From assembly GCA_000092065.1 (NCBI GenBank), contig CP000584.1: a stretch of 64,000 nucleotides of DNA, one strand, 5' to 3'. Shown here one piece after another: positions 1-9,353 of the stretch (positions are counted from its first letter, which is position 1; each line of letters starts with the position of its first letter). Both the position numbers and the translations under genes were made by a program. The notes below the pieces were generated by a model, which searched no databases, was not told where the DNA came from, and worked only from the letters and a program-made list of their open reading frames with translations. The stretch is from Ostreococcus lucimarinus. Lineage: Eukaryota.

Positions 1-789
1 AACCAAATTTTCTCCTAAATCCATCGGCACCGTCGGTTGCTCGGCTTCTCGAGCCTTCTTCACCGCCTCCTCGCGAGACAGCGGCTTGAAGTGTTCGGGT
101 TTCTTCGCCGCGGCGGACGATTTGAGAATTTTTTGCGGCGCGAGCCCGAGCGCGCGCACCACCTCCAATCTCGATCGATACCTCTCCTTATCGGGCGACC
201 AGTACAGCGCATCGTACGTTCCCGCGCTCGCGCCTTGTGTCCGCATCGTCGCCGTGCACGTCCAATCATCCGAAAGCTGTCCTCCGCACTTGGCCACGTA
301 CTCTCGCAACGCCTCCAGCAACGCCGGCGTCGGATCATCCGCGCTCCGATCCGCCCGAATCGCCCCTCCTGTCGTCACCTTCACCCGTTTCGCCGCCTGT
401 TCATCCCCACCGCTCGCCTCCGCGTTCGCCCCAACCACTTTCCCATCGACGATTTTCGCCCCGGCGCCGACGCTCGCGCTTCGTCCTCGCGTCGACGCGT
501 GAAAGTCATCGTCATCGTCCTCCTCCTCGTCTTCGTCCTCCTCGTCGATCGAGCTCGCGTCGTAATCCGCATCCTCATCATCCTCGACCCCGTCGTCGCT
601 CGGTCTCACCGCGCGTCCGTTCGTCGTCGTCGCGTCTCTCGTCGTCTCGGTCTCGACAGGTGTCTTTTGATCATCATCGCCCGTTCGCGTCGCCGCCGTC
701 GCGTTTTCCCTCGTCTCTTCGCCCTCGCGCGCGTCTTCCCGCGACGCGATCGTCCTTTTGTGCATCTTGAACACTCCCGCGGCGTCCAT
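1..789 (-). CDS. Methyl-CpG-binding domain (MBD) protein, N-terminal part; the CDS runs off the window at position 1
   Basis: Hand translation of the minus strand from the ATG at 789..787 (a second ATG at 764..762) gives an open frame to position 1. The ORF track omits it because the frame has no stop codon inside the window. The N-terminus is rich in Asp/Glu. Then comes ...LSDDWTCTATMRTQGASAGTYDALYWSPDKERYRSRLEVVRALGL..., which fits the MBD consensus W.R..R.SG.SAG..D.Y..SP.G...RS..E...Y (compare MeCP2 [36 protein letters not shown]). Confidence 0.5.
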   Translation of the reverse strand, partial: MDAAGVFKMHKRTIASREDAREGEETRENATAATRTGDDDQKTPVETETTRDATTTNGRAVRPSDDGVEDDEDADYDASSIDEEDEDEEEDDDDDFHASTRGRSASVGAGAKIVDGKVVGANAEASGGDEQAAKRVKVTTGGAIRADRSADDPTPALLEALREYVAKCGGQLSDDWTCTATMRTQGASAGTYDALYWSPDKERYRSRLEVVRALGLAPQKILKSSAAAKKPEHFKPLSREEAVKKAREAEQPTVPMDLGENLV

Positions 790-1020
790 GGCGACCCGGG
801 GCGCGCGCCGGCGCGTCGTCAAGTCCGGCTGGTTTGAAATGCGAACCTCGAGCGGGGCGCGTGTCGACGGAATTCGCGCGCGCGCGGCGACACACTGGCG
901 CGCGCGCGCCCGATCGGCGCGGTCTCGCGAGACGACGAGGCGAGGAAACGGAACGACCGCGCGCGCGCGCGAAGCGGAGGGGCGAACGCGCGCGCATCGG
1001 CGCGCGAACGGGCGATTTCG

Positions 1021-4000
1021 ATGAGCGAAAAGATGAAATCGGCGTTTCAAGCGGCCAAGTCAAAGGTTTCGAGCGCGGTCGAGACGACCAAGGCGCGGTC
1101 GAAGGCGCGACAGACGTCCGCGGGGGGGAGCATGGATGTCGATGCGTCGTTAAGGGGGGTCGGGGACGACGGAGACGCGCGCGAGGCGCTGCGCGAGGCG
1201 AGGGAACACGCGAATTCGTTGGAGCGAGCGCAGGCGGCGCTGAACGGGGAGATGCGGCGGATGGCGAATGAATACGAAAGGGTGCGCGGTGAGCTCGATG
1301 CGGTGAGCCGGGAGAAAGAAGAGGTTCGACAACGAGCGTCGGCGGCGTGGACGGAGATGACGGCGGAGATCGAGGCGTTGAAGGCGGAGCTCGAGCGGGC
1401 TCGAGGCGGGAAAGCGGAGGGCGACGCGGGAGAAGACGCCATAGATGAACTCAAGCAAAAGGCGCACTTGGAGGCGCGAGCGATTAAAAAGGTTCTTATT
1501 GAAGACAGGGAAAAGTTTGCCGCGACGGAGGCTGAGTTGAGGGGGAGAATTAAAGAATTAGAGGACGCGCTCGCGAATGTCGAGGAAGGCGCCAAGTACA
1601 CAAGCGAGGCGAACGCGGAGCTATCGTCCAACGTGCAGACGTTGGAGTCGCAAGTTTCTTCGCTTCGGATAGAAGTGAACGAGAAAAACGCCACGGTAGA
1701 GCGTTTGGAGCGAGCGAGCGCGGCGCCGTCTGAAGAAGTTGCGGCGGCACGTGCGGAGACTCGACAGACGCAAGCCCAAGCCGAAAGACTCGAGTCTTTG
1801 CTCGAGGTCACGAAGTCGGAACTCGAAAAGACGACGTCTTCGCTCGAACAAGAAGAAGCGAACGGCGCTAAAACACGCGAAGCCGTGGTGTCGCTAGAGT
1901 CTCAGTTAGCGGCGGTAACAGCAGAGCTGCAAGCAAGTACAGACGCTCAAGCGTCCACAAGCTCTGCAACAGACGAACTCAAGGCAGAATTAGCCGCCGC
2001 ACGAGTCGAGTACGGCCAAGTACGGTCCGAGCTCGAGGCGAAATCGAAGGCGCTGGAGCAGGCGCAGGCTTCAAGCGTGGCGACAAGTGAGCTCGAGGCG
2101 GAGCTGGCTTCCACGCGCTCTGAGCTCGAGGCGAAATCGAAGGCGCTGGAGCAGGCGCAGGCTTCAAGCGTGGCGACAAGTGAGCTCGAGGCGGAGCTGG
2201 CTTCCACGCACTCTGAGCTCGAGGCGAAATCGAAGGCGCTGGAGCAGGCGCAGGCTTCAAGCGTGGCGACAAGTGAGCTCGAGGCGGAGCTGGCTTCCAC
2301 GCGCTCTGAGCTCGAGGCGAAATCGAAGGCGCTGGAGCAGGCGCAGGCTTCAAGCGTGGCGACAAGTGAGCTCGAGGCGGAGCTGGCTTCCACGCGCTCT
2401 GAGCTCGAGGCGAAATCGAAGGCGCTGGAGCAGGCGCAAGCTTCAAGCGTGGCGACAAGTGAGCTCGAGGCGGAGCTGGCTTCCACGCGCTCTGAGCTCG
2501 AGGCGAAATCGAAGGCGCTGGAGCAGGCGCAGGCTTCAAGCGTGGCGACAAGTGAGCTCGAGGTGGAGCTGGCTTCCACGCACTCTGAGCTCGAGGCGAA
2601 ATCGAAGGCGCTGGAGCAGGCGCAGGCTTCAAGCGTGGCGACAAGTGAGCTCGAGGCGGAGCTGGCTTCCACGCGCTCTGAACTCGAGGCGAAATCGAAG
2701 GCGCTGGAGCAGGCGCAGGCTTCAAGCGTGGCGACAAGTGAGCTCGAGGCGGAGCTGGCTTCCACGCGCTCTGAGCTCGAGGCGAAATCGAAGGCGCTGG
2801 AGCAGGCGCAGGCTTCAAGCGTGGCGACAAGTGAGCTCGAGGCGGAGCTGGCTTCCACGCACTCTGAGCTCGAGGCGAAATCGAAGGCGCTGGAGCAGGC
2901 GCAGGCTTCAAGCGTGGCGACAAGTGAGCTCGAGGCGGAGCTGGCTTCCACGCACTCTGAGCTCGAGGCGAAATCGAAGGCGCTGGAGCAGGCGCAGGCT
3001 TCAAGCGTGGCGACAAGTGAGCTCGAGGCGGAGCTGGCTTCCACGCGCTCTGAGCTCGAGGCGAAATCGAAGGCGCTGGAGCAGGCGCAGGCTTCAAGCG
3101 TGGCGACAAGCGAGCTCGAGGCGGAGCTGGCTTCCACGCACTCTGAGCTCGAGGCGAAATCGAAGGCGCTGGAGCAGGCGCAGGCTTCAAGCGTGGCGAC
3201 AAGCGAGCTCGAGGCGGAGCTGGCTTCCACGCGCTCTGAGCTCGAGGCGAAATCGAAGGCGCTGGAGCAGGCGCAGGCTTCAAGCGTGGCGACAAGCGAG
3301 CTCGAGGCGGAGCTGGCTTCCACGCGCTCTGAGCTCGAGGCGAAATCGAAGGCGCTGGAGCAGGCGCAGGCTTCAAGCGTGGCGACAAGTGAGCTCGAGG
3401 CGGAGCTGGCTTCCACGCGCTCTGAGCTCGAGGCGAAATCGAAGGCGCTGGAGCAGGCGCAGGCTTCAAGCGTGGCGACAAGCGAGCTCGAGGCGGAGCT
3501 GGCTTCCACGCGCTCTGAGCTCGAGGCGAAATCGAAGGCGCTGGAGCAGGCGCAGGCTTTGTCAAGTGAGACGCAGCAACGGTTGGAAACCGCTCGCAAC
3601 ACATCGCAGTCGGAAGTATCCGTGCTGAAGCAAGAGCTTGTAGAAAAGAATCATGCTCTTGCGGAAGCGCAAGCGTCGAGTGTGAACGTGGAAGAAATTC
3701 AAGCCACGACTCAGTTGTTGGAATCTCAGCTTGTTGCAGTGAAAGCAGAGCTTGAAGCAAAGAGCGCAGAGCTCGACGCACAGAAGGAGGCACTCATGCG
3801 CGCCGAAGCGACGAAGAGTTCAAGCGCAGAAGAAGTCGAAACAATGAAAACGACGTTAATGTCTCAACTTGCGATGGTGCAAGACGAACTCGCGTCAAAG
3901 ACCGAGGCGCTCAAGAAGGCAGAGTCTGCGTCGAACGCTGCAGCACAAGAAAAAGCAGCCGCGAAGGAATTGTTCGATTCACAATTGAGCTCTGCGCGAG

Positions 4001-5058
4001 CGGAAATTGAATCAAAGACGAGTGAGGCACAAAGTGCATCGGACGCAAGGGACGCCCTGCAGTCCAAGGTGAGCGCCCTTCAAGGCGAGCTTCAGGCGAA
4101 ACATGAAGCGCTCGAGCTTGCGCAAGCCTCAACGGGATCAGCGACGGACGAACTCCAATCGAGCCTCGATGCGGCTCGTCAACGAGCCCTTGGTTTTGAA
4201 ACCGATCTCGAAGCGCTTCGTGCAGAGCTCGCGGCTCTTCGTGCAGAGCTCGCGGATAAAACGCAAGCGCTCACCGCGTTTGAGCAGAATGCCTCCGCCG
4301 CGAGGACGGAGCTACAAGAGAAACTCGAGAAGAGTCTTGAGCACGCTCGAGCAGAGAATCAACAAGTAACGGAAAAACACGAGGAAGTGCAGGCGACGTT
4401 ATTGACGGATGTGGAATCGCTCAAGGCGAATCTAGAGTCGGCAGAGACTCGTAATGCCGTCATGGAAGAGGAGCTTCGCTTGACAAACGAAGCGCTGAAT
4501 CGTTCATCCGTCGAAGCCTCGGGCATTGAAAGTGTTCGCACACAGCTCGCTGAGGTCAGCGAGCGTTTCAAAGAGTCCGAAATGGAAAGATCCACTCTCG
4601 AGCAAAGTCTGCGCGTCGCGAACGAGCGCCTGACCTCGTTGGAAGAACGACTCAAAGTTGCTGAGGAGAACGATGCCTCCGCCGCCGAGGCGCTCCGTGA
4701 AGCCAATGAACAAGCCGCGAAGGCGAAGGATAACGTCGCGTCCATCGCCTCCGTGAGCGCCACCCAATTCGCTCAAGAGCGTCAAATGATGAAAAATGCC
4801 CTGAGCGAGCTCCAAACCGAGCGTGACATCCTCGTCAAGATGCTCAAAACTTTTCACGCGCACGGCGTCGTGCACTCGACGAGCGAGACAGCGTCTCATC
4901 GCGACGCCAGCGAGAGCGTCTTCGGGGACGGCCCTTCGGAGTTCGCCCGGCGTTTCACCGATTCCGCGTCATTAGCTGGCGTGTTCACCCCGAGAAAACG
5001 CGCCCCGTACGTTGACCTCGACCGGCAGTCCCCCAACTCACCGCGCTCGCCCAACTGA
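1021..5058 (+). CDS. Large coiled-coil protein rich in Ala/Glu/Leu (1345 aa) with an internal 31-aa tandem repeat array; tropomyosin/SMC-tail-like filament-forming protein
   Basis: One uninterrupted ORF from the ATG at 1021 to the TGA at 5056-5058. The composition gives a heptad-like E/A/L/K/Q pattern throughout. The central third is about 16.5 near-identical 31-aa units (SELEAKSKALEQAQASSVATSELEAELASTR). No enzymatic motif was recognised. Confidence 0.6.
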   Translation: MSEKMKSAFQAAKSKVSSAVETTKARSKARQTSAGGSMDVDASLRGVGDDGDAREALREAREHANSLERAQAALNGEMRRMANEYERVRGELDAVSREKEEVRQRASAAWTEMTAEIEALKAELERARGGKAEGDAGEDAIDELKQKAHLEARAIKKVLIEDREKFAATEAELRGRIKELEDALANVEEGAKYTSEANAELSSNVQTLESQVSSLRIEVNEKNATVERLERASAAPSEEVAAARAETRQTQAQAERLESLLEVTKSELEKTTSSLEQEEANGAKTREAVVSLESQLAAVTAELQASTDAQASTSSATDELKAELAAARVEYGQVRSELEAKSKALEQAQASSVATSELEAELASTRSELEAKSKALEQAQASSVATSELEAELASTHSELEAKSKALEQAQASSVATSELEAELASTRSELEAKSKALEQAQASSVATSELEAELASTRSELEAKSKALEQAQASSVATSELEAELASTRSELEAKSKALEQAQASSVATSELEVELASTHSELEAKSKALEQAQASSVATSELEAELASTRSELEAKSKALEQAQASSVATSELEAELASTRSELEAKSKALEQAQASSVATSELEAELASTHSELEAKSKALEQAQASSVATSELEAELASTHSELEAKSKALEQAQASSVATSELEAELASTRSELEAKSKALEQAQASSVATSELEAELASTHSELEAKSKALEQAQASSVATSELEAELASTRSELEAKSKALEQAQASSVATSELEAELASTRSELEAKSKALEQAQASSVATSELEAELASTRSELEAKSKALEQAQASSVATSELEAELASTRSELEAKSKALEQAQALSSETQQRLETARNTSQSEVSVLKQELVEKNHALAEAQASSVNVEEIQATTQLLESQLVAVKAELEAKSAELDAQKEALMRAEATKSSSAEEVETMKTTLMSQLAMVQDELASKTEALKKAESASNAAAQEKAAAKELFDSQLSSARAEIESKTSEAQSASDARDALQSKVSALQGELQAKHEALELAQASTGSATDELQSSLDAARQRALGFETDLEALRAELAALRAELADKTQALTAFEQNASAARTELQEKLEKSLEHARAENQQVTEKHEEVQATLLTDVESLKANLESAETRNAVMEEELRLTNEALNRSSVEASGIESVRTQLAEVSERFKESEMERSTLEQSLRVANERLTSLEERLKVAEENDASAAEALREANEQAAKAKDNVASIASVSATQFAQERQMMKNALSELQTERDILVKMLKTFHAHGVVHSTSETASHRDASESVFGDGPSEFARRFTDSASLAGVFTPRKRAPYVDLDRQSPNSPRSPN
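2029..3559. repeat. Tandem array of a 93-bp unit, about 16.5 copies, more than 97 percent identical, in frame within the coiled-coil CDS
   Basis: The unit gagctcgaggcgaaatcgaaggcgctggagcaggcgcaggcttcaagcgtggcgacaagtgagctcgaggcggagctggcttccacgcgctct is repeated head to tail. The only variants are cgc/cac (Arg/His), one gcg/gtg, one gag/gaa and agt/agc synonymous changes. The array generates long spurious ORFs in three other frames (1947..3602 -, 1979..3793 -, 2087..3628 +). Confidence 0.9.
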
Positions 5059-5064
5059 AATAAA
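5059..5064 (+). terminator. AATAAA hexamer immediately after the coiled-coil gene stop codon (candidate poly(A) signal)
   Basis: The sequence tgaAATAAAtagc begins at the TGA stop (5056-5058). Confidence 0.25.
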
Positions 5065-5121
5065 TAGCTCACGTTGCAACCATCGTATCTATGCCTCACC
5101 GCCGCCTCACACAGATGCACG

Positions 5122-6555
5122 ATGTCGCTCGACCGCGTGGACGCCGATGATGACCCATCATCGTCCACCGATGACGACGGTTTCCCTCCCGGCGTGTCCC
5201 TGGGCACGACGCACGGTGGCGTCCGAGTGTTGCAAATCGATGACCATCCAGAAGACAAACCAAAGTGCGCGAAAAAGCTTCAACATCCCGCGAGTGGAAG
5301 CGAAATCACGCTCATCGGAAGCGCGCACGTCTCAGAGGCGTCCGCACGCGAGGTATCGCGCGCGATTCTAGAGGGTAAACCAGATTTGGTGGTCATCGAA
5401 CTCGACGGGGACAGATTGAAGAGTTTGTTGCGGAGCGCGAGCGAAGACCGACCCGCGATGCACGCGGCGAGGCGAGTGGCGAGCGTGCGTGAGGCGTTCA
5501 ACACGCTGGTGAATGGACAATTGGCGATCGTGGCGGGGAGTTTGGGGTACTCGACGATCGGGGCGGTGTTGGACACGCGGCCCGGGGCAGAGTTCATAGC
5601 TGCGGTGGAAGCGGCGCGGGACGTCGGCGCGACTGTGGTTCTTGGAGATAGGAATCAGCGAGCAACGGTGGGGAGGTTGATGGCGCGTGTGCGACGTGGA
5701 TCAACGCTGTTCGATGAGCTGGCCAAAACTGGAGAGTTTTTGGGGGGGGAGACGGATTTGGCGCGCGCCGACGCGGCGACGAAGCGAAGCGGCGTGCAAA
5801 AGGCAAAGCATATATTGGAGAAGGCTGGATGTGAACATAGCGAGGCGGTCATTAAATCCGCGCTAGAAATTTTAGACAGCGGCATGAGAGGCATACCGGT
5901 ACGCGTGGATGATTTGATGCGCGTGCGAAAGTGTGCTCGTAGGGTTGTCGAGTACGTGCGAGTTGAGTCGTTCAATGGCAACCCGACGTTCAGTCCCGGA
6001 TTATCAAAGGTCGATAGCGCCAAAAAGATGAGCATCATGGATTGGGCGACGGCTGAAACGGTTATTCGAGAGCGTGATTTGATCTTGGCGACGGCACTAC
6101 AACGGGACCCCACGGCATCGAGTGTCGTCGGCGTTGTGGGAGCCGGTCACATCGCGGGCATCCAGCAACTCTGGGACGAAGTTGAAAGCTCGGAATCGCG
6201 CGCAAAGTTCAACGAATATCTGAACGAATGGCCGACAGACGCAAAACCAGTCGACTATACTAACAGAATTTTGTCCGGCGTGTTCGGTGCTGCCGCGTTC
6301 ACTACGATACTCCGTCGGGGATCTGCCGGGGCGGTGAAATTCGCCGGCGCGTTGGTTGGATCGATGTTGACGCTCGGCGCCGTCGGGACGTATATGGGTG
6401 CTTCTGGATTAGTCGCGCTTGGCCGTGTCGCCGTCGCGATAGAAGATGCATCAATTCGCGCGGCTGAGCTTGGAAATCGCGAAGACTCGGCTCGGGCGAA
6501 GGGAGCATTTTCAAACATGATTGTTCGAGACGCGGCTGTGCCATATAAGGAATAA
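5122..6555 (+). CDS. TraB/GumN-family (pheromone shutdown-like) protein with a C-terminal transmembrane region
   Basis: The first in-frame ATG is at 5122 (MSLDRVD); the listed ORF start at 5074 is a TTG. The motif GSEITLIGSAHVSEASAREVSRAILEGKPDLVVIELD matches the TraB-family N-terminal signature. The C-terminal 150 aa contain hydrophobic helices (ILSGVFGAAAFTTIL, GALVGSMLTLGAVGTYMGASGLVALG). Confidence 0.65.
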   Translation: MSLDRVDADDDPSSSTDDDGFPPGVSLGTTHGGVRVLQIDDHPEDKPKCAKKLQHPASGSEITLIGSAHVSEASAREVSRAILEGKPDLVVIELDGDRLKSLLRSASEDRPAMHAARRVASVREAFNTLVNGQLAIVAGSLGYSTIGAVLDTRPGAEFIAAVEAARDVGATVVLGDRNQRATVGRLMARVRRGSTLFDELAKTGEFLGGETDLARADAATKRSGVQKAKHILEKAGCEHSEAVIKSALEILDSGMRGIPVRVDDLMRVRKCARRVVEYVRVESFNGNPTFSPGLSKVDSAKKMSIMDWATAETVIRERDLILATALQRDPTASSVVGVVGAGHIAGIQQLWDEVESSESRAKFNEYLNEWPTDAKPVDYTNRILSGVFGAAAFTTILRRGSAGAVKFAGALVGSMLTLGAVGTYMGASGLVALGRVAVAIEDASIRAAELGNREDSARAKGAFSNMIVRDAAVPYKE

Positions 6556-6577
6556 CAGAGATTTTAATTTATGTACT

Positions 6578-6582
6578 TTACA
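6578..6582 (-). terminator. TGTAA poly(A)-signal candidate (minus strand) 6 nt downstream of the stop of the 6588..9353 gene
   Basis: Forward ttaca at 6578-6582 is TGTAA on the minus strand. TGTAA is the green-algal poly(A) signal. Confidence 0.35.
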
Positions 6583-6587
6583 TCGCT

Positions 6588-9353
6588 TTAACGCGGGGAA
6601 TATCCACCCGACGTTCTCACTTGCTCTGGTGAGGCGTTTGCCAAAATCGGACTCACTCCATACGGATCTCCATACGGATCAGCCATTTCTGGGGTGTCGT
6701 TGAAAGAGTTTTCTTTATCGACAAACAATGGTGACACCATGTCGACGTTTGGCGTGCAGCCACCGTCGTACTCTCCAGTCGTATTCAGTGCGGCGACGGC
6801 ATTGAGGGCTTGACGAGCTGCTTCTAAATCATCTTGACTTCCGGCAACATCCATATCACCTGAAGCAGTTCGATCCAACTCCATGGAATCACGCCATTGT
6901 ACGCTCGTACGCAACATGGACTCCTCACCGATTGCCTCCGTCACCATGGGGTTGATTTCATCATCCTCGTTCAAATCAGCTGAGTCATCACCCATGTCGA
7001 TGTACACTTCCACTGGCTTGGGACTTCCCTTGATCATCACCGGTGTCGTTCTCGGACCTAGCGACGAGGTATTGGATACGTTACTGTCCGTCTTTCGGTG
7101 CCCAAACTCAGGCGTGTCCACTGCTTCGGCGCCCGTGTTCAGGTCGACCGATAATTTATTTTCGTTCACCGGCTCCAAAGGTGAGCGGTAAAACGGCGCA
7201 GGAGATCGTGCGACGTTATTACTAGCGCCAGGACTTTTAATCGGCGTCTTCTTTAGCCCGCTGAACAGTTGCCTTCCACCAATCGCGTTGTTGATGGCGC
7301 TGACGCTGGGGTAGCCCAAGGGCGGACCCTCGGGAACAAAAGGATTCCACAACGCGGCGGCGCTCATCCAGTTCACGGCGCTGATCATCCACAAGAAGTT
7401 GACCGCCACAGCGATGCTCAAATAGCTGTAATAGTGCTCCTCGGCGACGAGCGAGACAACGATGAGCATGATACCGGCCTCTATGGCGAGAACGCCGATG
7501 ATGACAGCGAATGGAATCAAAGCGTCTTCTCGTGTGAGCCCCCAAAAGGATTTCCTCGGGCACGACGTGGAACGCCACCAAAACTTGCCCTTGCGGTCAG
7601 TAGAGTTAGAGACGTACGAGGACGGCGGCCAGATCAAGCAAGCAACCAATAGCTTGACGTCATCGAGGACGGGCAACTTCCAAGTCCGTCCCCAAATTTT
7701 AAACTCGCGCAATTCGCAAAACTTTTCCCAAACCTTTCGGTCGTGAGTGCCCGGGAGACGGATCTTCAACAAACCGAGGATAACGCACGCGTGGAAGAAA
7801 AATACAAGCATGACATACGGACCTGTGACCGCGGCAAAAAGGCCAATTGTGCAGATTCGTGCCGCGAGCTCAAAGAAGCGGTAGCACGCCTTGGCCATCA
7901 TTTCAGACAGGTGTGCCTTGTGCATCTTCCAGTACTCTCTCCACGAGTACGCGGGCGGTTTTTCGTGCAAGTCTAACGAAACAAAACACAAGGTACCAGA
8001 GGTGATCGAACCCGCGACGGCCAGGAACAGGAGCATGTCGAATCCCTCCCGACCCGGGCAGACGCTGGTGGGAGACGAGCACGAGATTCCAATGTACGCC
8101 TGGAGCGTCGCCATGGGGAGCGTTAAGAAGATGGTATCCACGAGTTGCATCCCACGAAGATCCATTTCAGCCTTTCTCGCTCGCACATCATTCGTTCGGA
8201 GCGCACGCCAAGCGGCAAAGGCGGTGCCGAGCTGCAACATCGCGCACGCGGCACCAAAGCGCCTGACGACGACTTTGAAATCGTACTTGCTGAATCCAAA
8301 GACTTTTTGGTCCTTGCCCACACTTCCTTTCGCCGGTTTCTTGGGCATGGGATAGTGAAGCACCCAGTATCCAGTAATACACGCCGCCGAGAAGACGAAA
8401 AACGTCAAAACCATGCTGAACCACAACCAAGATCCCGCTCGAGCGAAGCGATGAAGTTCGCGCACCAACTGCGTCTTGGAGTAAAAGTCGAGCAAGATTC
8501 CAACTACGAGCATCAAGCGCTGCACGATGTTCAACGACGGACCCAGGCACTCGATACGCTCAAGAACTTGACGAGAGATTGGAATCGGGGTCATGGGAAC
8601 GACGTTCGCCGGGAGAGACATGCGCATCGCTGCCCGCTTCTTTGCCGCCGCGCTCGGACGAGACGGCGTTGCGCCGGCATCAATGGAATTTCCGAGCACT
8701 TTATTCTCGAACGGTGCCGTCATGGGCGAACCAATGGACGCCCACATGCCACCAGGCTTCATATTACTTCTCGGCTCGACGTTACTCCGACGGAACCGAT
8801 CCACCGGTGACATGAGCGGCGTTTGACTTCCCGCCGCTTCCTGTTGACTGGCTTCCTCGTCCTCATCCGCGCCCTCGGGGGTGCCGCCGAGGTTGACCTC
8901 GTCCTCGCATTCGTCTCCATCATCTCGTGCCGACGTCATCTTACGCTCCGGGGTCTCAAGTCCGTCCATATCCTCCTCCGCGCCCTCCTCAAGCTTCGCC
9001 GCCGCCTCCTCGATGGCGGCGACGCGCGCGCACACTCGCACCGGCGGTGTCTGCGTAGCCGGTCGTCCCATCCCTGGACTCTCCGCCATCGACCCCCACG
9101 CATCATCACCATCCTCTGCATCCTCAAATCCATCATCGTTCGCCGTCACGGGCGATTCCTCACCTCCGCTCGTCCTCGGCGTCCCCTCCACGCGCACCTC
9201 GCAGTCCTCGTCGTCGTCCTCGCGCGCGTCCTCGCTCGCCATCGACGACGTCACCGCGCGTCGTCCGTCGCTCGGCGTCGTCACCGGCGACGATTCTGCG
9301 TCGCACGCGCGCTTCCGAGCGCTCGCGCGCGTCGCCCGTCGCGTCGTCGGCAT
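6588..9353 (-). CDS. Polytopic membrane protein (at least 8 predicted TM helices) with an acidic N-terminal domain and a Ser/Pro-rich C-terminal tail; family not recognised
   Basis: A 950-codon ORF. The ORF-track start at 9440 is GTG; the first ATG (MPTTRRATRAS) is at 9353..9351. The central part holds hydrophobic helices (LMLVVGILLDFY, WLWFSMVLTFFVFSAACITGYWVL, YVMLVFFFHACVILGLL, IPFAVIIGVLAIEAGIMLIVVSLV, VAVNFLWMISAVNWMSAAALW). Local AT content is higher there, as expected for real TM coding. Confidence 0.5.
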   Translation of the reverse strand: MPTTRRATRASARKRACDAESSPVTTPSDGRRAVTSSMASEDAREDDDEDCEVRVEGTPRTSGGEESPVTANDDGFEDAEDGDDAWGSMAESPGMGRPATQTPPVRVCARVAAIEEAAAKLEEGAEEDMDGLETPERKMTSARDDGDECEDEVNLGGTPEGADEDEEASQQEAAGSQTPLMSPVDRFRRSNVEPRSNMKPGGMWASIGSPMTAPFENKVLGNSIDAGATPSRPSAAAKKRAAMRMSLPANVVPMTPIPISRQVLERIECLGPSLNIVQRLMLVVGILLDFYSKTQLVRELHRFARAGSWLWFSMVLTFFVFSAACITGYWVLHYPMPKKPAKGSVGKDQKVFGFSKYDFKVVVRRFGAACAMLQLGTAFAAWRALRTNDVRARKAEMDLRGMQLVDTIFLTLPMATLQAYIGISCSSPTSVCPGREGFDMLLFLAVAGSITSGTLCFVSLDLHEKPPAYSWREYWKMHKAHLSEMMAKACYRFFELAARICTIGLFAAVTGPYVMLVFFFHACVILGLLKIRLPGTHDRKVWEKFCELREFKIWGRTWKLPVLDDVKLLVACLIWPPSSYVSNSTDRKGKFWWRSTSCPRKSFWGLTREDALIPFAVIIGVLAIEAGIMLIVVSLVAEEHYYSYLSIAVAVNFLWMISAVNWMSAAALWNPFVPEGPPLGYPSVSAINNAIGGRQLFSGLKKTPIKSPGASNNVARSPAPFYRSPLEPVNENKLSVDLNTGAEAVDTPEFGHRKTDSNVSNTSSLGPRTTPVMIKGSPKPVEVYIDMGDDSADLNEDDEINPMVTEAIGEESMLRTSVQWRDSMELDRTASGDMDVAGSQDDLEAARQALNAVAALNTTGEYDGGCTPNVDMVSPLFVDKENSFNDTPEMADPYGDPYGVSPILANASPEQVRTSGGYSPR

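Noticed and set aside
37-1063. ORFs 37..837 +, 86..502 +, 237..770 +, 674..1063 -, 758..1024 +
   Set aside because: They are Arg/Pro/Ser-rich translations of GC-rich sequence and several start at TTG/GTG. The real gene here is on the minus strand in a frame the track did not list, carrying an MBD-like domain.
2029-3559. Regular 93-bp repeats could superficially resemble a CRISPR array
   Set aside because: The units are directly adjacent with no unique spacers and are in frame inside a protein-coding gene. The host is eukaryotic, which the flanking genes make unambiguous.
1947-3793. Three long ORFs (1947..3602 -, 1979..3793 -, 2087..3628 +) overlapping the coiled-coil gene
   Set aside because: They are periodic artefacts of the 93-bp tandem repeat, which lacks stops in several frames. 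Their products are low-complexity repeats (ACACSSAFDFASSSERVEASSASSSLVATLE...; KPAPAPAPSISPRAQSAWKPAPPRA...; SRRSWLPRALSSRRNRRRW...) with no homology signal. The in-frame coiled-coil reading with ATG at 1021 and a real stop at 5058 is the gene.
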